Assembly: GCA_963817955.1 (NCBI GenBank)
Contig: CAWFQK010000001.1
Location: 160,001-224,000 of the forward strand
DNA length: 64,000 bases
Source: an uncultured Gemmatimonadaceae bacterium
GTDB taxonomy: Bacteria; Gemmatimonadota; Gemmatimonadetes; Gemmatimonadales; Gemmatimonadaceae
Reading direction: 5' to 3'
Below, one piece after another: positions 20,414 through 34,602 of this stretch (the first letter of the stretch is position 1; every line of letters begins with the position of its first letter). The translations under genes were made by a program, and so were the position numbers. The notes below the pieces were generated by a model. That model was not told where the DNA came from, did no database searches, and saw only the letters and a list, made by a program, of their open reading frames with translations.

Positions 20414-20528
20414 GTTTGCTTCCTCCGGAATTGAATCGTCCAACCCTGTTCCTGCCTGCACCCTGATTGACACCACCACCGGTGGCCTCACTCCATTCTC
20501 AATGCAGGGAGCCTGCCCGGCTCGTCGA

Positions 20529-21350
20529 TCAGGCCGGCACCTCGGGATCGGGATGTCGCACGACACCGAGTGTGGGACTGCTCGGACTCGCCTGCGATCG
20601 CACAGGCATTCGACCTGCGCAGTATGCCTCGTGTCCGGCGCGAACGGCCATCGCGAACGCACTCGCCATTCGCACCGGATCTCTTGCTTCGGCCAGTGCG
20701 GTATTCACGAGTACTGCATCCGCTCCCAGTTCCATTACCTGGGCCGCTTCGCTCGGCACGCCGAGACCGGCGTCCACCACGACCGGTACCGTGCCCTCTT
20801 CGAAGATGATCTCGAGATTCGCGCGCGTGAGCACGCCACGCCCGGAGCCGATCGGCGACGCCAGCGGCATCACCGTCGCGCACCCGACCTCGGTCAGACG
20901 GCGGGCCAACACGGGATCGGCCGGTATGTATGGAAGAACGATGAATCCTTCCTTCACGAGAATCTCCGCCGCGCGAAGCGTTTCGACAGAATCCGGCAAC
21001 AGATACTTCGCGTCTGGAATGACCTCGAGCTTCACCCAATTGGTTTCCGTCATCACGCGGCCGAGTCTCGCGACACGAATTGCTTCGTCCGCCGTTCGGC
21101 ACCCGGCGGTGTTTGGCAGCAGCTGGAAGCACGCGATGTCGATGGCGTCGAGAATGCCCACATGACCCGTCGCGCCGATCTCGACCCGCCGAACGCTCAC
21201 GGTTACGATTTCCGCCCCGCTCGCGGCGATCGCTTCGCGCATCACGGAAAAATCCTTGTACTTGCCGGTGCCCACCATCAGGCGGGACGTGAACGTGCGA
21301 CCCGCGATGGTGAGTCTATCCGCAGCGCGTTCGCTATTTAATGTTGTCAT
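20529..21350 (-). CDS. thiG: Thiazole synthase
   Basis: [38 protein letters not shown]. Confidence 0.96.
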   Translation of the reverse strand: MTTLNSERAADRLTIAGRTFTSRLMVGTGKYKDFSVMREAIAASGAEIVTVSVRRVEIGATGHVGILDAIDIACFQLLPNTAGCRTADEAIRVARLGRVMTETNWVKLEVIPDAKYLLPDSVETLRAAEILVKEGFIVLPYIPADPVLARRLTEVGCATVMPLASPIGSGRGVLTRANLEIIFEEGTVPVVVDAGLGVPSEAAQVMELGADAVLVNTALAEARDPVRMASAFAMAVRAGHEAYCAGRMPVRSQASPSSPTLGVVRHPDPEVPA

Positions 21351-21353
21351 ATT

Positions 21354-21538
21354 TCATCCCCCCTGCATCATGGTGACGATCTCGATGACATCGTGTTCGG
21401 TGAGCGGTGTGTCCGGTAGCTGGCCGCGACGGTGAATCTGGTCGCCGTGCATCACGACGACACGGCTCTGATCCACCTGTAAATCGTCGAGTAGCGCGTG
21501 CAACGTCAGGCCATCGCGGCACGGGTGCTGTGTCCCAT

Positions 21539-21548
<10 letters not shown>
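21354..21548 (-). CDS. thiS: Sulfur carrier protein
   Basis: 64 aa, VNG near start, C-terminal GG; directly upstream of thiG. Confidence 0.92.
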
Positions 21549-24900
<3,352 letters not shown>

Positions 24901-25002
24901 AGGCTGGAATCTAAGGCCGCGGGCGACGGATGCCAGCAGACGCCCTCGACAGAGCAGAGTTGAAACGAATGGCGACGCTCGTGAACGCGTCAGGGCTTCG
25001 AT

Positions 25003-26691
25003 CTAGGGCTTCGATCCAAGGTCGCGCAGTTCGTCCGCCGCGCCAAGCACGTAGCCGATCTCACGCGACAGCACTCGCGCCTGCTGCGTGGCGCTTGTCA
25101 GGCCCCCAAGGGCCGAATCGAGATCCGATGAGCGCACCTTGAACATGTCGAGCGCAACGTTCCGAAGCAGCAGACCGGCGGTCTCGTACTGTTCCAGCAG
25201 CGAGGCGCGCGCGCGAACGAGCTCGCCACTCGTGTGCCCCTCGAGGCGTTGCAGCGCCGTCCCGAGGGCGACAACCCGCGCGAAGAGCGCGTCCGCCGTG
25301 CCCTTGACATCGGGCAGCATTTTGCGCTCGGTATCGGTCAGCGCGCCGAGTAAGGTGTTCACAGTTTCATGATCGACCATCGCTTGGCGGAGGACGCCCC
25401 CGAACGGCCCGTTGCGCACGTCGTCGGTGACACCTCCGCCCAATGCCGCGACGGCGCCTCCAGCCGAAAGCGCCGGATCGGCAGATGGCAACGTGCCGCT
25501 CAAGATGTTGCCGAGCGACGCGCCGTCCGCCATGAGGCGCCCCATCTGGTTCACGATACCGAGCCCCATGCCAAGGACCGGGAATGCAAACCACCAGAAG
25601 CCGTGCCCGCCGGTGGTCGCATAGTTGATACCGAACAGGAAGAGGCTCGTACCGGCGTAACTGACGAGGCGTCCGCGAAACCGGCGCAGTCGTTCGGCGA
25701 GCGGGCGATCGAGCCCGCGGGTTTCCCGGCGCAGGGCGCGCGAGTCCCGGCGGGTCGGCCGTTCTATCGCCCGAGTGACGATTGGCGGTAGCACTTCGCG
25801 CGTCGAGCGGCTGAGCGGACGAGCCGGCTCCAGCGGCGTGAGCGGCGCCCCATCGAGCGCTGCAACCAATGCAGCACCATCGGCGAACCTATTGCCGGGA
25901 TTCTTCTCGAGGAGCCGCATCACGATGCGCTCGAGATCATCTGGCACATCGACACGCCGTTGCCGCAACGGCACCGGCGTCTCCATCACCTGCTTCATCA
26001 TGATCGAGGGCGTGTTGCCTCCGGAAAATGGCGGCACTCCGGCGAGCATCTGATATGCCACCGCGCCCAGCGAGTACAGATCAGAGCGACCGTCGACCTC
26101 GGTGTCGCCGGCACATTGCTCGGGAGACATATATGCCGGCGTACCGAGCGCCGCGCCAGTTGCGGTGAGACGGGACCCGCCGTCATCCTCGCTCGCCGCG
26201 CGCGCAATCCCGAAGTCGGTGACCAGCGCGCGACCCGACTCCGCATCAAGCAACACGTTGTCCGGCTTCACATCGCGGTGCACGACGCCACGCGCGTGTG
26301 CGTACGCCAGCGCGTCGGCCACCTCGCGCAGGATGCGCCGGGCATCCGCGACAGGTAGCGCACCTGTGCGTCGCAACCGGTCGCCAACGCTCTCGCCCTT
26401 CACGAGTGCCATGACGAAGTACACGAGCCCGTCGCGCTCATCGACGGAGTAGATCGGCACGATATTCGGGTGGCTGAGCCGCGCGTCCATCTCGGCTTCG
26501 CGCAGGAAACGCGAGCGAATGTCGGCGCGAAACGCGAGATCGGGCGGTAATAGCTTGATAGCCACGGCGCGTTTGAGCCGTGTGTCCTGGGCGCGATAGA
26601 CGATCGCCATGCCGCCACGCCCGATCTCGCTCTCCACTTCGTATGCCGGGCCGAGGGCTCGTCCGAGTCGAGACTGGAGGTCGGTTTCCAT
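25003..26691 (-). CDS. Hanks-type Ser/Thr protein kinase with two TM helices and helical C-terminus
   Basis: GRGGMA, VAIK, HRDVKPDN, DFG, GTPAYMSPEQ; LFLFGINY...WWFAFPVLGMG 2TM-like segment. Confidence 0.92.
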   Translation of the reverse strand: METDLQSRLGRALGPAYEVESEIGRGGMAIVYRAQDTRLKRAVAIKLLPPDLAFRADIRSRFLREAEMDARLSHPNIVPIYSVDERDGLVYFVMALVKGESVGDRLRRTGALPVADARRILREVADALAYAHARGVVHRDVKPDNVLLDAESGRALVTDFGIARAASEDDGGSRLTATGAALGTPAYMSPEQCAGDTEVDGRSDLYSLGAVAYQMLAGVPPFSGGNTPSIMMKQVMETPVPLRQRRVDVPDDLERIVMRLLEKNPGNRFADGAALVAALDGAPLTPLEPARPLSRSTREVLPPIVTRAIERPTRRDSRALRRETRGLDRPLAERLRRFRGRLVSYAGTSLFLFGINYATTGGHGFWWFAFPVLGMGLGIVNQMGRLMADGASLGNILSGTLPSADPALSAGGAVAALGGGVTDDVRNGPFGGVLRQAMVDHETVNTLLGALTDTERKMLPDVKGTADALFARVVALGTALQRLEGHTSGELVRARASLLEQYETAGLLLRNVALDMFKVRSSDLDSALGGLTSATQQARVLSREIGYVLGAADELRDLGSKP

Positions 26692-26809
26692 CCCCAAAGA
26701 TGCGTCATGCCGCACGGAATGACACTACCTCTCAGCAACGTCCGGTATTTCGGGGAGCGACGGCGCACGCGTCCTATCCCGCGCGACCATGCTCCGATAA
26801 GATTCCGGC

Positions 26810-28045
26810 ATGACGGCCGCCTCCGCGCCGCACTTTCCGACCCCACGCCCGAACGCCGCGTTGATGGCGACACTTGGCGTCGTCAACCGCTGGTTGATTC
26901 TCCGTGGGCATTTTCGAGTACGCCATCTCGATCTGCCGCGCGCGGACCGGGACCGCCTCGCCGGCGCCGTCAATCCGGGCACCGCGGCGTTCCTCGGCCC
27001 GAACCATCCCGAGTTCGGCCTCGACTGGATGCTCGACAAGGAGCTGTCCACGTTCGTTGCGCCACGCATGGCTGCCTGGGCGTCGCACGACATCATCGCT
27101 ACGGCGCCGGCGTTCTGGACGCGCAACAATCTCGTGTCGCATCGCGGCGGCGCGGCGGCGTTCGAGTACTCGGTAGCATGGGCACTCGCCGGCCATGGCG
27201 TGCTGCTGCACCCTGAAGGCATGGTGCGGTGGACGTCGGACGTTGTACACCCGCTCTTTCCCGGGATCGCCGACATGGCCGCCGAGGCATGCGGGCGGAT
27301 CGGATCAGGGCGCGACGGCCGGCCCGTGTTCATCGTGCCGCTCGTCTGGAAGCTTCGCTACACGCAAGACGTGACTGCCGGCATGCATGCCGACATGGAC
27401 GTGATCGAACGCGAGCTCGGTCTTCCCAGTGGGTATCGCGCGAGCATCGCGGCGCGGTTTCGTACGTTGCAGGAACGCACGCTCATGCGACAGATGACGC
27501 GCTTCGGCTTCGAGACACGCTCCATCGAGCAGCTCGGCTTCTTCGCGGCCCAGGAGGCATTCCGCGCTGCGTTGATTCACGATCTCGAATCACGCCACAC
27601 CGTGCAGGCAAGCGACTCGGTCGAGCGCACCCTGTACCGGCTGGAAAGGGTTGTACAGACTCCCGACGATCGCGCCCGCGCCCGAGAGGCTGGCCGGCTC
27701 GGCGGATTCAGCAGAGCCACGTATGGCGCGCCGACGCTGACGCAGGAACACGTTGCCGAGAGTCTGAAACGGCTGCGCGCCGATCTGGTGCGGCGCGGAC
27801 GACGGAACGCCATACACAACGCGCTGCCCACCCCATACGGCACCCGTGTGGCGCACGTGCGCGTACCAGAACCCATACTCGTAGACCCAGCGGCGGCCGC
27901 GGCCGATGGAGAGGAGCGCGCGACCTATGTCGCGTCGCTGCTCGACCGCGCGCGGACGGCGATGCAGCAAACGCTAGACGACATCAATCGCGCGATTGCG
28001 CCGGCGGTGGATCCATTCCGCCATCCCAATCCGTTCTCCGACTGA
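26810..28045 (+). CDS. PlsC-like glycerolipid acyltransferase family protein
   Basis: NHPEFGLD (HxxxxxD-type block I), HPEG (block III), IVPL. Confidence 0.65.
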   Translation: MTAASAPHFPTPRPNAALMATLGVVNRWLILRGHFRVRHLDLPRADRDRLAGAVNPGTAAFLGPNHPEFGLDWMLDKELSTFVAPRMAAWASHDIIATAPAFWTRNNLVSHRGGAAAFEYSVAWALAGHGVLLHPEGMVRWTSDVVHPLFPGIADMAAEACGRIGSGRDGRPVFIVPLVWKLRYTQDVTAGMHADMDVIERELGLPSGYRASIAARFRTLQERTLMRQMTRFGFETRSIEQLGFFAAQEAFRAALIHDLESRHTVQASDSVERTLYRLERVVQTPDDRARAREAGRLGGFSRATYGAPTLTQEHVAESLKRLRADLVRRGRRNAIHNALPTPYGTRVAHVRVPEPILVDPAAAAADGEERATYVASLLDRARTAMQQTLDDINRAIAPAVDPFRHPNPFSD

Positions 28046-28164
28046 CGATTACAAGGTCTCCGTGCCCCTTCCCGGCCGTCGGGATGCCCTGATCGCACAA
28101 AGAAAACCGGATCTTCGGGAATTTGTGTCTGGGTGATTTCGGGCGCGCCTCGAGGACCGGCTGT

Positions 28165-29281
28165 TCATTTACCGTGCATACAGGCACGCCGAGTGGCGTA
28201 CTTCACGATTGGACGCGGGCTCGGCGGTGACGCCTCGGTCCACAGGAGCACGGTGCGGCGACCGTCAGCGGCAAGCGCGGGGACACCGACGGTCACAGTG
28301 GCTGGGTCGATCGGAACGGTGGTCGTGCCCGCCGCGGTAATATCGAGTTCCGTGAGCGCGAGTCGTCCATTGGTGATGCGGTCGAACACGAGTGTGACGC
28401 CGCCGCAACTGGCGATCGCGCTGCACAACGAGCGTTGGCGACAGAACGGGCGAGCCATTCGCCGCATACACGCGCGCACCGGGGTGCCACGTGCGTCCTC
28501 CGTCGCCGGACGAGATGCTGAACAGCGATCCCGCATCACCCGGTGTGTCGGGGTCGGGATGCACGACGAGCATTTCAAGCGAATCGCGACCGGTTGCAGC
28601 GATCGCGGCATATGCCGCCACTCCGCCGGCCACATGCCGGCGCCAGGTGTGCGCGGCACGCGTGAACACGGCAATATGAGGCGCGGTGTCCGCCGGCCAG
28701 ACGGGCATCGCGACGTAAAGCACACCATTCGCGTCCATCGTCACCACGCCGTCTTCGGCGCCCCAATCGACTCGCTCGCCGCGAACCAGCTCCTCGGCCC
28801 GACTCCACTCGCGGCCATTCCAGTCCGCGTGCCAGACCGACGTGACCCGACCCGGCCAGGCCGATTGCGGCGTCGCGGGGCCCGGTCCGTCGGCCCAGAA
28901 GAGGTGGTAGAGGCCCGCTCGGTCGACGATGCCCTTCGGATAGGCGAACAGAAAGTCGCCGACCGGTGCACGCAGCGCGCCCCCGGCCTCCTGCATGACG
29001 AAGAGCGGCGTGCGACCAACCGTCACGTCAGCGTCGATGGCAAACAGGTTCGCCGCGACGATGAATCCGTCACGCCCGATAGCGAGCGACGGCCAGCGCA
29101 ACGAATAGCCGGAAGGAATGCCTCGGAGAGTATCGACGTCGGTCCAGCCTCGCGAACGCAGCGTGACCTCGCGAGTGACTGGCGCGCTCTGCGCCGTGAC
29201 TTGTGCAGGGAGCGCCACAGAGAGGGACCCCCAGACCACTGCCGCAGAGGCGACCGTCAGGCGCCGGCGATTCATGGTCAT
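28165..29281 (-). pseudogene. Secreted beta-rich hypothetical protein split by a frameshift near 28400-28430
   Basis: Signal peptide MNRRRLTVASAA, Asp-box-like SGDGGRTW; protein-like sequence continues in another frame (GGVTLVFDRI...VKYATRRAC). Confidence 0.5.
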
Positions 29282-29541
29282 GCGTACGTGATCGGGGGGT
29301 GGGGCGCGAGAACGGTGGGCAGCCGCTGGCGGCGATGAGTGCCTTTGCTCGATGCGGAACCTGGACTCAGCGCATTCGTTCAGCAAGACCTCGAGTGCAT
29401 GAATTCGCGAGAACGAACCCGGCTCATCGGTCTCGCCCGGAACCCCAACCCGGACTCGCAAGTACAACTGTGCAACAACGCACTGACGAAGGTCTGCGAC
29501 GGCGCGGCGTCGGTGCCCGACAATTCTCGATGGGAGCTGTT

Positions 29542-30039
29542 ATGCGAAAGATTGCACTGTTTGCAGCATTTGCAGTTGTCACGGGCGCAACCGTCGTACA
29601 GGCACAAGCCACGGGCGGGCGGGCTGGTGGGCAGCGCGGAATGGGCATGGGACGCGGCATGGGCGCCGGTGGCGGGATGATGATGGATCAAATGCTGTTC
29701 AAGGACATCACGCTCACCGACGCGCAGAAAGCGAAGATCAAGGAGCTACGCGAAGCCGACCGTGCGAAAATGGAGGCCGAGCGCACTCAACCGAAGGCGC
29801 GCGCCGAGATGGAAGCGCTTCGCGATGCACGTCAGAAAGGAGACACCGCGACCGCCAGGCGTCTGATGCGCGAACAGCGCGAACGGATGCAAACGCAACG
29901 CAACGAGCAACTCTCTGATTTGCGTGCCATTCTCACGGACGATCAACGAAAGCAATTCGACGCCAACACCGCCGCGATGAAGGAGCAAATGGGTGAACGC
30001 GGGATGGGACGCGGCATGCAGCGACCGCCGGAGCGCTAA
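29542..30039 (+). CDS. Spy/CpxP family periplasmic protein
   Basis: Signal peptide, GM-rich segment, ITLTDAQKAKI and ILTDDQRKQFD motifs. Confidence 0.82.
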   Translation: MRKIALFAAFAVVTGATVVQAQATGGRAGGQRGMGMGRGMGAGGGMMMDQMLFKDITLTDAQKAKIKELREADRAKMEAERTQPKARAEMEALRDARQKGDTATARRLMREQRERMQTQRNEQLSDLRAILTDDQRKQFDANTAAMKEQMGERGMGRGMQRPPER

Positions 30040-30161
30040 TACTTGCCTTCAGATACCTTGCCGGGCGGCACACGGTGGATTGGACTCCGTGTGTTGGCCG
30101 GCTGGATGTCGCTGGCGGCTCCGTAGCGGTCGGGCCGCCAGTCGGCAAGGTTCGAGTTTCC

Positions 30162-30199
30162 AGTTGTGAGTTGTGCGTTGTGAGTTCCTGACACTCACA
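30162..30199. repeat. Short heptamer tandem repeat (AGTTGTG)n with inverted ACTCACA
   Basis: AGTTGTG AGTTGTG CGTTGTG AGTT ... ACTCACA between convergent genes. Confidence 0.55.
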
Positions 30200-30373
30200 T
30201 GCCTTACTGCGACGGCCCAGCTGCAACACCGATCGAGGCAGCAGCAACTGACCTGACCAGCGCGATGATCGTGCTGGTGGGGCGGCATGTCTCGTGACCG
30301 AGGCCGCAAGTGGAGTGCATTGATGCTTGCGCGATACCAGGACATATCGGCTAGGCAGCAAATGACATGAAGT

Positions 30374-31576
30374 CTATGCTGCCATTCGCTGTGCTCCGGC
30401 CCAAGCCAGCGCTTCCAGGTACAGCGGCTGCAGTGTGGCCGGCTCGATGCCGAGTGCAGTAGCCGCGGAGCGCACGTCAGCCCACCCGCCTGCGACGTAC
30501 GTCTCCACCAGATGAAGCGCCGCGCCGAGAAAGTCGTCGCGGCTGATGAGCGCCCCGCGGATATCGGGTGCGAGTTGCATGGAATCGCATAGCACGTCCA
30601 TCGGAATCTCGAGAAGCTCGTCGATCACCGAGAGCATGCCGACGAGGAACAGCGGCCCCTTCGCGGTGCGCACGCGCATTGGATCGGCAAGCAGCTCGCA
30701 CATGCGCGCGCGGACCAAAGCAAGGTGGACGAGCTCGGCCTGTACACCCGTGTCCTTGCCGTCGGTCACGAGGAGCACGGTCAGCCAGCGCGCGAGTGGC
30801 TCGCGTCCCAGTAGTCGGAGCGCGTGCCCGATCGACCAGATCTCGCGGCCGCCCATTGCCGCCGAGTTCACCATGCGCAGCAGCTTGTACGACAACCCGA
30901 CATCGCGGCGAAGGAGTTCCTCGATCTCGCCGTCGGTGGCGTTCGGATCGCGCACCAGCTTGAGCACGCGAAAAGTCAGAACGTGCTCGATGCCGATCTC
31001 CCGGCGCACGTAGCTCTCCGGCGCCGAGAAACGATAACCCTGGAACAGATCGATGCCGAGTCGCGCGCAGTGTTCGCGCTCGCCGCGATGCTGCACGTTG
31101 ACGGCGAGCAGGCGCGCTTTGTGACCCCGCAAGGCCGGCTCGAGCGCCGCCAACTGCTCACTGGTGATCGCGGCGACATCGAGCTTGACGACGCTACAGA
31201 GGTCGAGAAAGCGCGGCGCCTGCATCGCATCGTGCACGTGCGTGGACAGTCGATAGCCGTTCGCAACGAGGGATTCGCAAGACGTGCGGATCTCCGGGTC
31301 AGCCGCGAGCGCCGACGGCACTTCGATGATGACCCGATCGGGCGGCAGCATGGGCAGGGACCGACGCACGAGCATGTCGCGGTTGACCGGAACGAACACG
31401 GTGTGATCGCCCACGACGCGGTCGATGCCGATGTCGAGGAACAATTCCGTGACCATTTCCTCCGCTTGAGGCTCGTCGTGATCGTCGCCCTTCTTGGAGC
31501 CGAGGAGGGCGAGATCATAGGCGAAAATATTCTCGTTGCCGTCAAACACCGGCTGCCGCGCGATAAAGAGGTTCAT
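30374..31576 (-). CDS. EAL-associated HDOD domain protein (YuxH-like), degenerate EAL
   Basis: FIARQPVFD start, LFQGYRF, DVGLSYKLLRMVNSA, RARMCE, FLVGMLS. Confidence 0.85.
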   Translation of the reverse strand: MNLFIARQPVFDGNENIFAYDLALLGSKKGDDHDEPQAEEMVTELFLDIGIDRVVGDHTVFVPVNRDMLVRRSLPMLPPDRVIIEVPSALAADPEIRTSCESLVANGYRLSTHVHDAMQAPRFLDLCSVVKLDVAAITSEQLAALEPALRGHKARLLAVNVQHRGEREHCARLGIDLFQGYRFSAPESYVRREIGIEHVLTFRVLKLVRDPNATDGEIEELLRRDVGLSYKLLRMVNSAAMGGREIWSIGHALRLLGREPLARWLTVLLVTDGKDTGVQAELVHLALVRARMCELLADPMRVRTAKGPLFLVGMLSVIDELLEIPMDVLCDSMQLAPDIRGALISRDDFLGAALHLVETYVAGGWADVRSAATALGIEPATLQPLYLEALAWAGAQRMAA

Positions 31577-31694
31577 CGGATTTGAGTATCGGCCTCCGTG
31601 GTGAGCTCTTTAGTGAAGAGAGCTGGCTATGTCGCGACCGGCCGTTGTCTTGACCGCGGCGGCGGGCCGCCAAAATGGCGGTGATGAGGGACTT

Positions 31695-32114
31695 GCGGCG
31701 CGCGTGAGCTCGCCAATCACACCTGTAGGTCATGCGAACGCGTCCGTGACTCGACCAATCGGGCCTGCTATGTCGCTGAACGTCGCCGTAACTCGCCCAA
31801 ACGGCAAAAGAGTTCGAAAAATCGGGCCCGTAGCCCGCCCGATCGGGCCCGTAACCCGCCTGATCGGGCCTGTAGACCACCCGGAGCGCAACGTAACGGT
31901 GCCGAACGACCCCGTAGGCGCTCCGAACGACTCCGGTAGCAGCCAAATCGGCAGATGAAGGCGACCAAACGTGGTGTAAGAGCAACCCAACGGGGTGATT
32001 GAGCAGGTGAACGGGGTGATTGAGCAGCTGAACGCACCGCTGGAGCAGGTGAACGTACCGGTTGAGCAGGTGAACGTACCGGTTGAGCACCTGAGACGCC
32101 GAATAGAGGGACTG
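31695..32114. repeat. Degenerate 21-nt-period array (~20 units)
   Basis: In-phase units at 31716, 31737, 31758, 31821, 31842, 31863, 31989, 32010, 32031, 32052, 32073, e.g. ATCGGGCCCGTAGCCCGCCCG and AACGTACCGGTTGAGCAGGTG. Confidence 0.8.
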
Positions 32115-32284
32115 GCCTGCCGGATGGCAGGCCCGTTCCACTTCCTATACCAACTGTGCGTTACGCTGCGGCAGCCGTTGGCGGTGCCATGCCGGCCGTA
32201 GAACCAACCGCGGCGGTGTTCGCGGTTGTATTGGCGACAGCGACATCGACGAGCGAAGTCGTATCCGGCTGCGCGCCCGTCACT

Positions 32285-34450
32285 TCAACGCCCAGGATAC
32301 GCCTTCGTCACGCGTTCGAGGGCCCGCACGGTACGCAGGCCGGTGAGCGTCGAGTCGGGCATGAGGGGCGGCGCGTCACCAATCTGCCAGACCCACGTGT
32401 AGCGACCTTCAGTCATCGGCAACACGACGACCCACGCATCCCCGCTCTTCGTGGCGGGAATGGGGCTCCGCAGGAAATCTCCGCCCAGCGTTACCCGCGT
32501 CGCGTTGCCGGTTCGGGCGACCGGGAGGCTGAAGCGCACCGCCGACTCGCCCCAGTGACGCGTCAGAAGAAAGTGATAGTCGGGATCGACATGGACCTCG
32601 GTCACCACGCCGAGACCTTCGACGTTCACCGTATCGGCCCGCTGCGAGAGATGGAGTATCTGGCGCGACGTTCCGGCAGCAGTCGTCAACGCGATCTCCA
32701 GCTTTGGCAAATCGAACAGCTCGCCGGGTTGCACCTGCGTCACGATCAACCGGCGACCGTCGTCGTCGAGGCGCGCTTCGACATCCGGGATGTATCTGCT
32801 CGTCAGCCATGGCATGACAAACGAAGACATGCTGTGGCCGGCCGCTGCCGACCAGGCCGCGATCAATTCCTCATAGCCGCCCGGTCCCTTGCCCAAGCCA
32901 TCGATATACGAGTGCATGCCGCGGTCGAATGCCGTATCGCCCATGACATAATTGCCGGAATACAAGATCCATGATCCCTTGCGATAATGGATCGTTCCGT
33001 TGTCATAGTCGCCAAGGATGCTCTGATTGCCCTCGAACCCGCCGGTGAAGCCGCGGCGATCGTTGCCTACGGCGTACAGGTCGCGCTGCCGCTCCCAGAA
33101 CGTATGCTCGTCGTTCGCACCATACTGCGCGTACAACATCAGCGCTTCCACGTACGTCGCCCAGGCTTCGTGCAGGAAATTCGAGCCTCGGCCCGTGCCG
33201 TTCAATGTCCATGCATGCCCCGTCTCGTGCGCGAATGTCTGCGATGCCGGCGAACCAAGCTGCCCACCGTCCGCACCGGACACCGCGGCGTTGTTGATGC
33301 GCACGACAAAGCCCCCCGAGCCCAGCGTCCGATCCTGGACGACGGCCATGTATCGCGATGGAGACTGCGGCTCGCCGAACCGCGGCGTCAGCACGTCATA
33401 CACGCGCTTGGTGACGGTGGCGAGTGAATCGTGTGAATATTGAAAACCCGGTCCGGTGAAGGACTCGAAGCGAAAGCCGGCGTACTCTGTGGTCCTCGGC
33501 CGCCAGTCGCGATCGAAGATCAGCGCGAGCAGGAACGCCGGGTGCACACTCCGCGCGTACACGGTGCGCACACCGTGGCGAACGGTGTCGGTCTGCGGCA
33601 CGGTGGTCGTGAGGTAATATTCGGACGGGATCTGCACCGTGGCCGAGATCTGCGCCAGGTCGTTGGCGCTGAGGTAGTCGAAGAACGGATGCCACACGTC
33701 GGTGTTGTGGAATGCCCCGTACGCCGGAGGCGGCGCAGCAGGATTGTCCGCCCCCGCGCGCGTCGAGCGACTCGCAGCCAACGTATACGACAGAACGAGC
33801 CGCGACTGCTCGGCGACGGAGGCGTTCACCCACAGCACTCCGCCACCAAACGCATACTTCGCCGGCGCGTCGTCGATCGACACATCCTGGAGTTGCACCG
33901 CACTGTTGAGCCGGACGCCGAAGCCATACGGCGCGCGGACCGTGATGTCCAGCGTGTCCAGCACCTGGATGCCCGTGGACGGCGTCACGATCACGTGTAG
34001 GCGCTGTGACCGCACGTAGTTCCCGCTGTCGAGTGGAATCTGATGGACAATCCGCCAGCCGTCAGCCGTGTCGCGGGCCTCGTAGAAGCCCGAGAAATGA
34101 CGCGCACCATTGGTCTCGTCCGCGCCGTCGGTCACGCTGCGACTCGCACGCCCGCTGGGCAGCACGACGCCCCCGAGCAGCAGAACCGCCCGGTGCGGTT
34201 CTTTCCAGATGACCTGCGCCAGTTCAGTCCGTCTCGACCCCCGGGCCTCGCGCATGAAGACTCGACCGGCCGAATCCGGGTAGATGGCCGCGAACTCATC
34301 AGCGGTGCCCGCCGAGAACACCTGCATGACCTGCGTTGCGAGCGCCTCGGGTGATGGCGCCGCACGCGCATGCACCCGTGGAGCGGGCGATGCGGCGCCC
34401 ACCCCAATCACCGCGGCAACCATGCCGAGTACTGAGAACTTATTGAGCAT
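32285..34450 (-). CDS. Secreted M1-like zinc aminopeptidase with C-terminal beta-sandwich
   Basis: Signal peptide; HETGH...LHEAWATY; YRKGSWIL. Confidence 0.8.
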   Translation of the reverse strand: MLNKFSVLGMVAAVIGVGAASPAPRVHARAAPSPEALATQVMQVFSAGTADEFAAIYPDSAGRVFMREARGSRRTELAQVIWKEPHRAVLLLGGVVLPSGRASRSVTDGADETNGARHFSGFYEARDTADGWRIVHQIPLDSGNYVRSQRLHVIVTPSTGIQVLDTLDITVRAPYGFGVRLNSAVQLQDVSIDDAPAKYAFGGGVLWVNASVAEQSRLVLSYTLAASRSTRAGADNPAAPPPAYGAFHNTDVWHPFFDYLSANDLAQISATVQIPSEYYLTTTVPQTDTVRHGVRTVYARSVHPAFLLALIFDRDWRPRTTEYAGFRFESFTGPGFQYSHDSLATVTKRVYDVLTPRFGEPQSPSRYMAVVQDRTLGSGGFVVRINNAAVSGADGGQLGSPASQTFAHETGHAWTLNGTGRGSNFLHEAWATYVEALMLYAQYGANDEHTFWERQRDLYAVGNDRRGFTGGFEGNQSILGDYDNGTIHYRKGSWILYSGNYVMGDTAFDRGMHSYIDGLGKGPGGYEELIAAWSAAAGHSMSSFVMPWLTSRYIPDVEARLDDDGRRLIVTQVQPGELFDLPKLEIALTTAAGTSRQILHLSQRADTVNVEGLGVVTEVHVDPDYHFLLTRHWGESAVRFSLPVARTGNATRVTLGGDFLRSPIPATKSGDAWVVVLPMTEGRYTWVWQIGDAPPLMPDSTLTGLRTVRALERVTKAYPGR

Positions 34451-34602
34451 GTTTTGACACTGCCGCGGCCGAGCTACAGCGCGTTCCTCACCCGGCGGGC
34501 GCGGTCACATTCTTGGAGGGGACTACTACTACCGACGCCTGGATCACGGGTCGCGCAACGCCAGCGTCATCCGCAATCGTCACTCGATCGGGGCTCGCGC
34601 GC

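Noticed and set aside
20414..20662. Extension of the Spy-like ORF into thiG
   Set aside because: It overlaps thiG; the signal peptide and RBS start at 20413.
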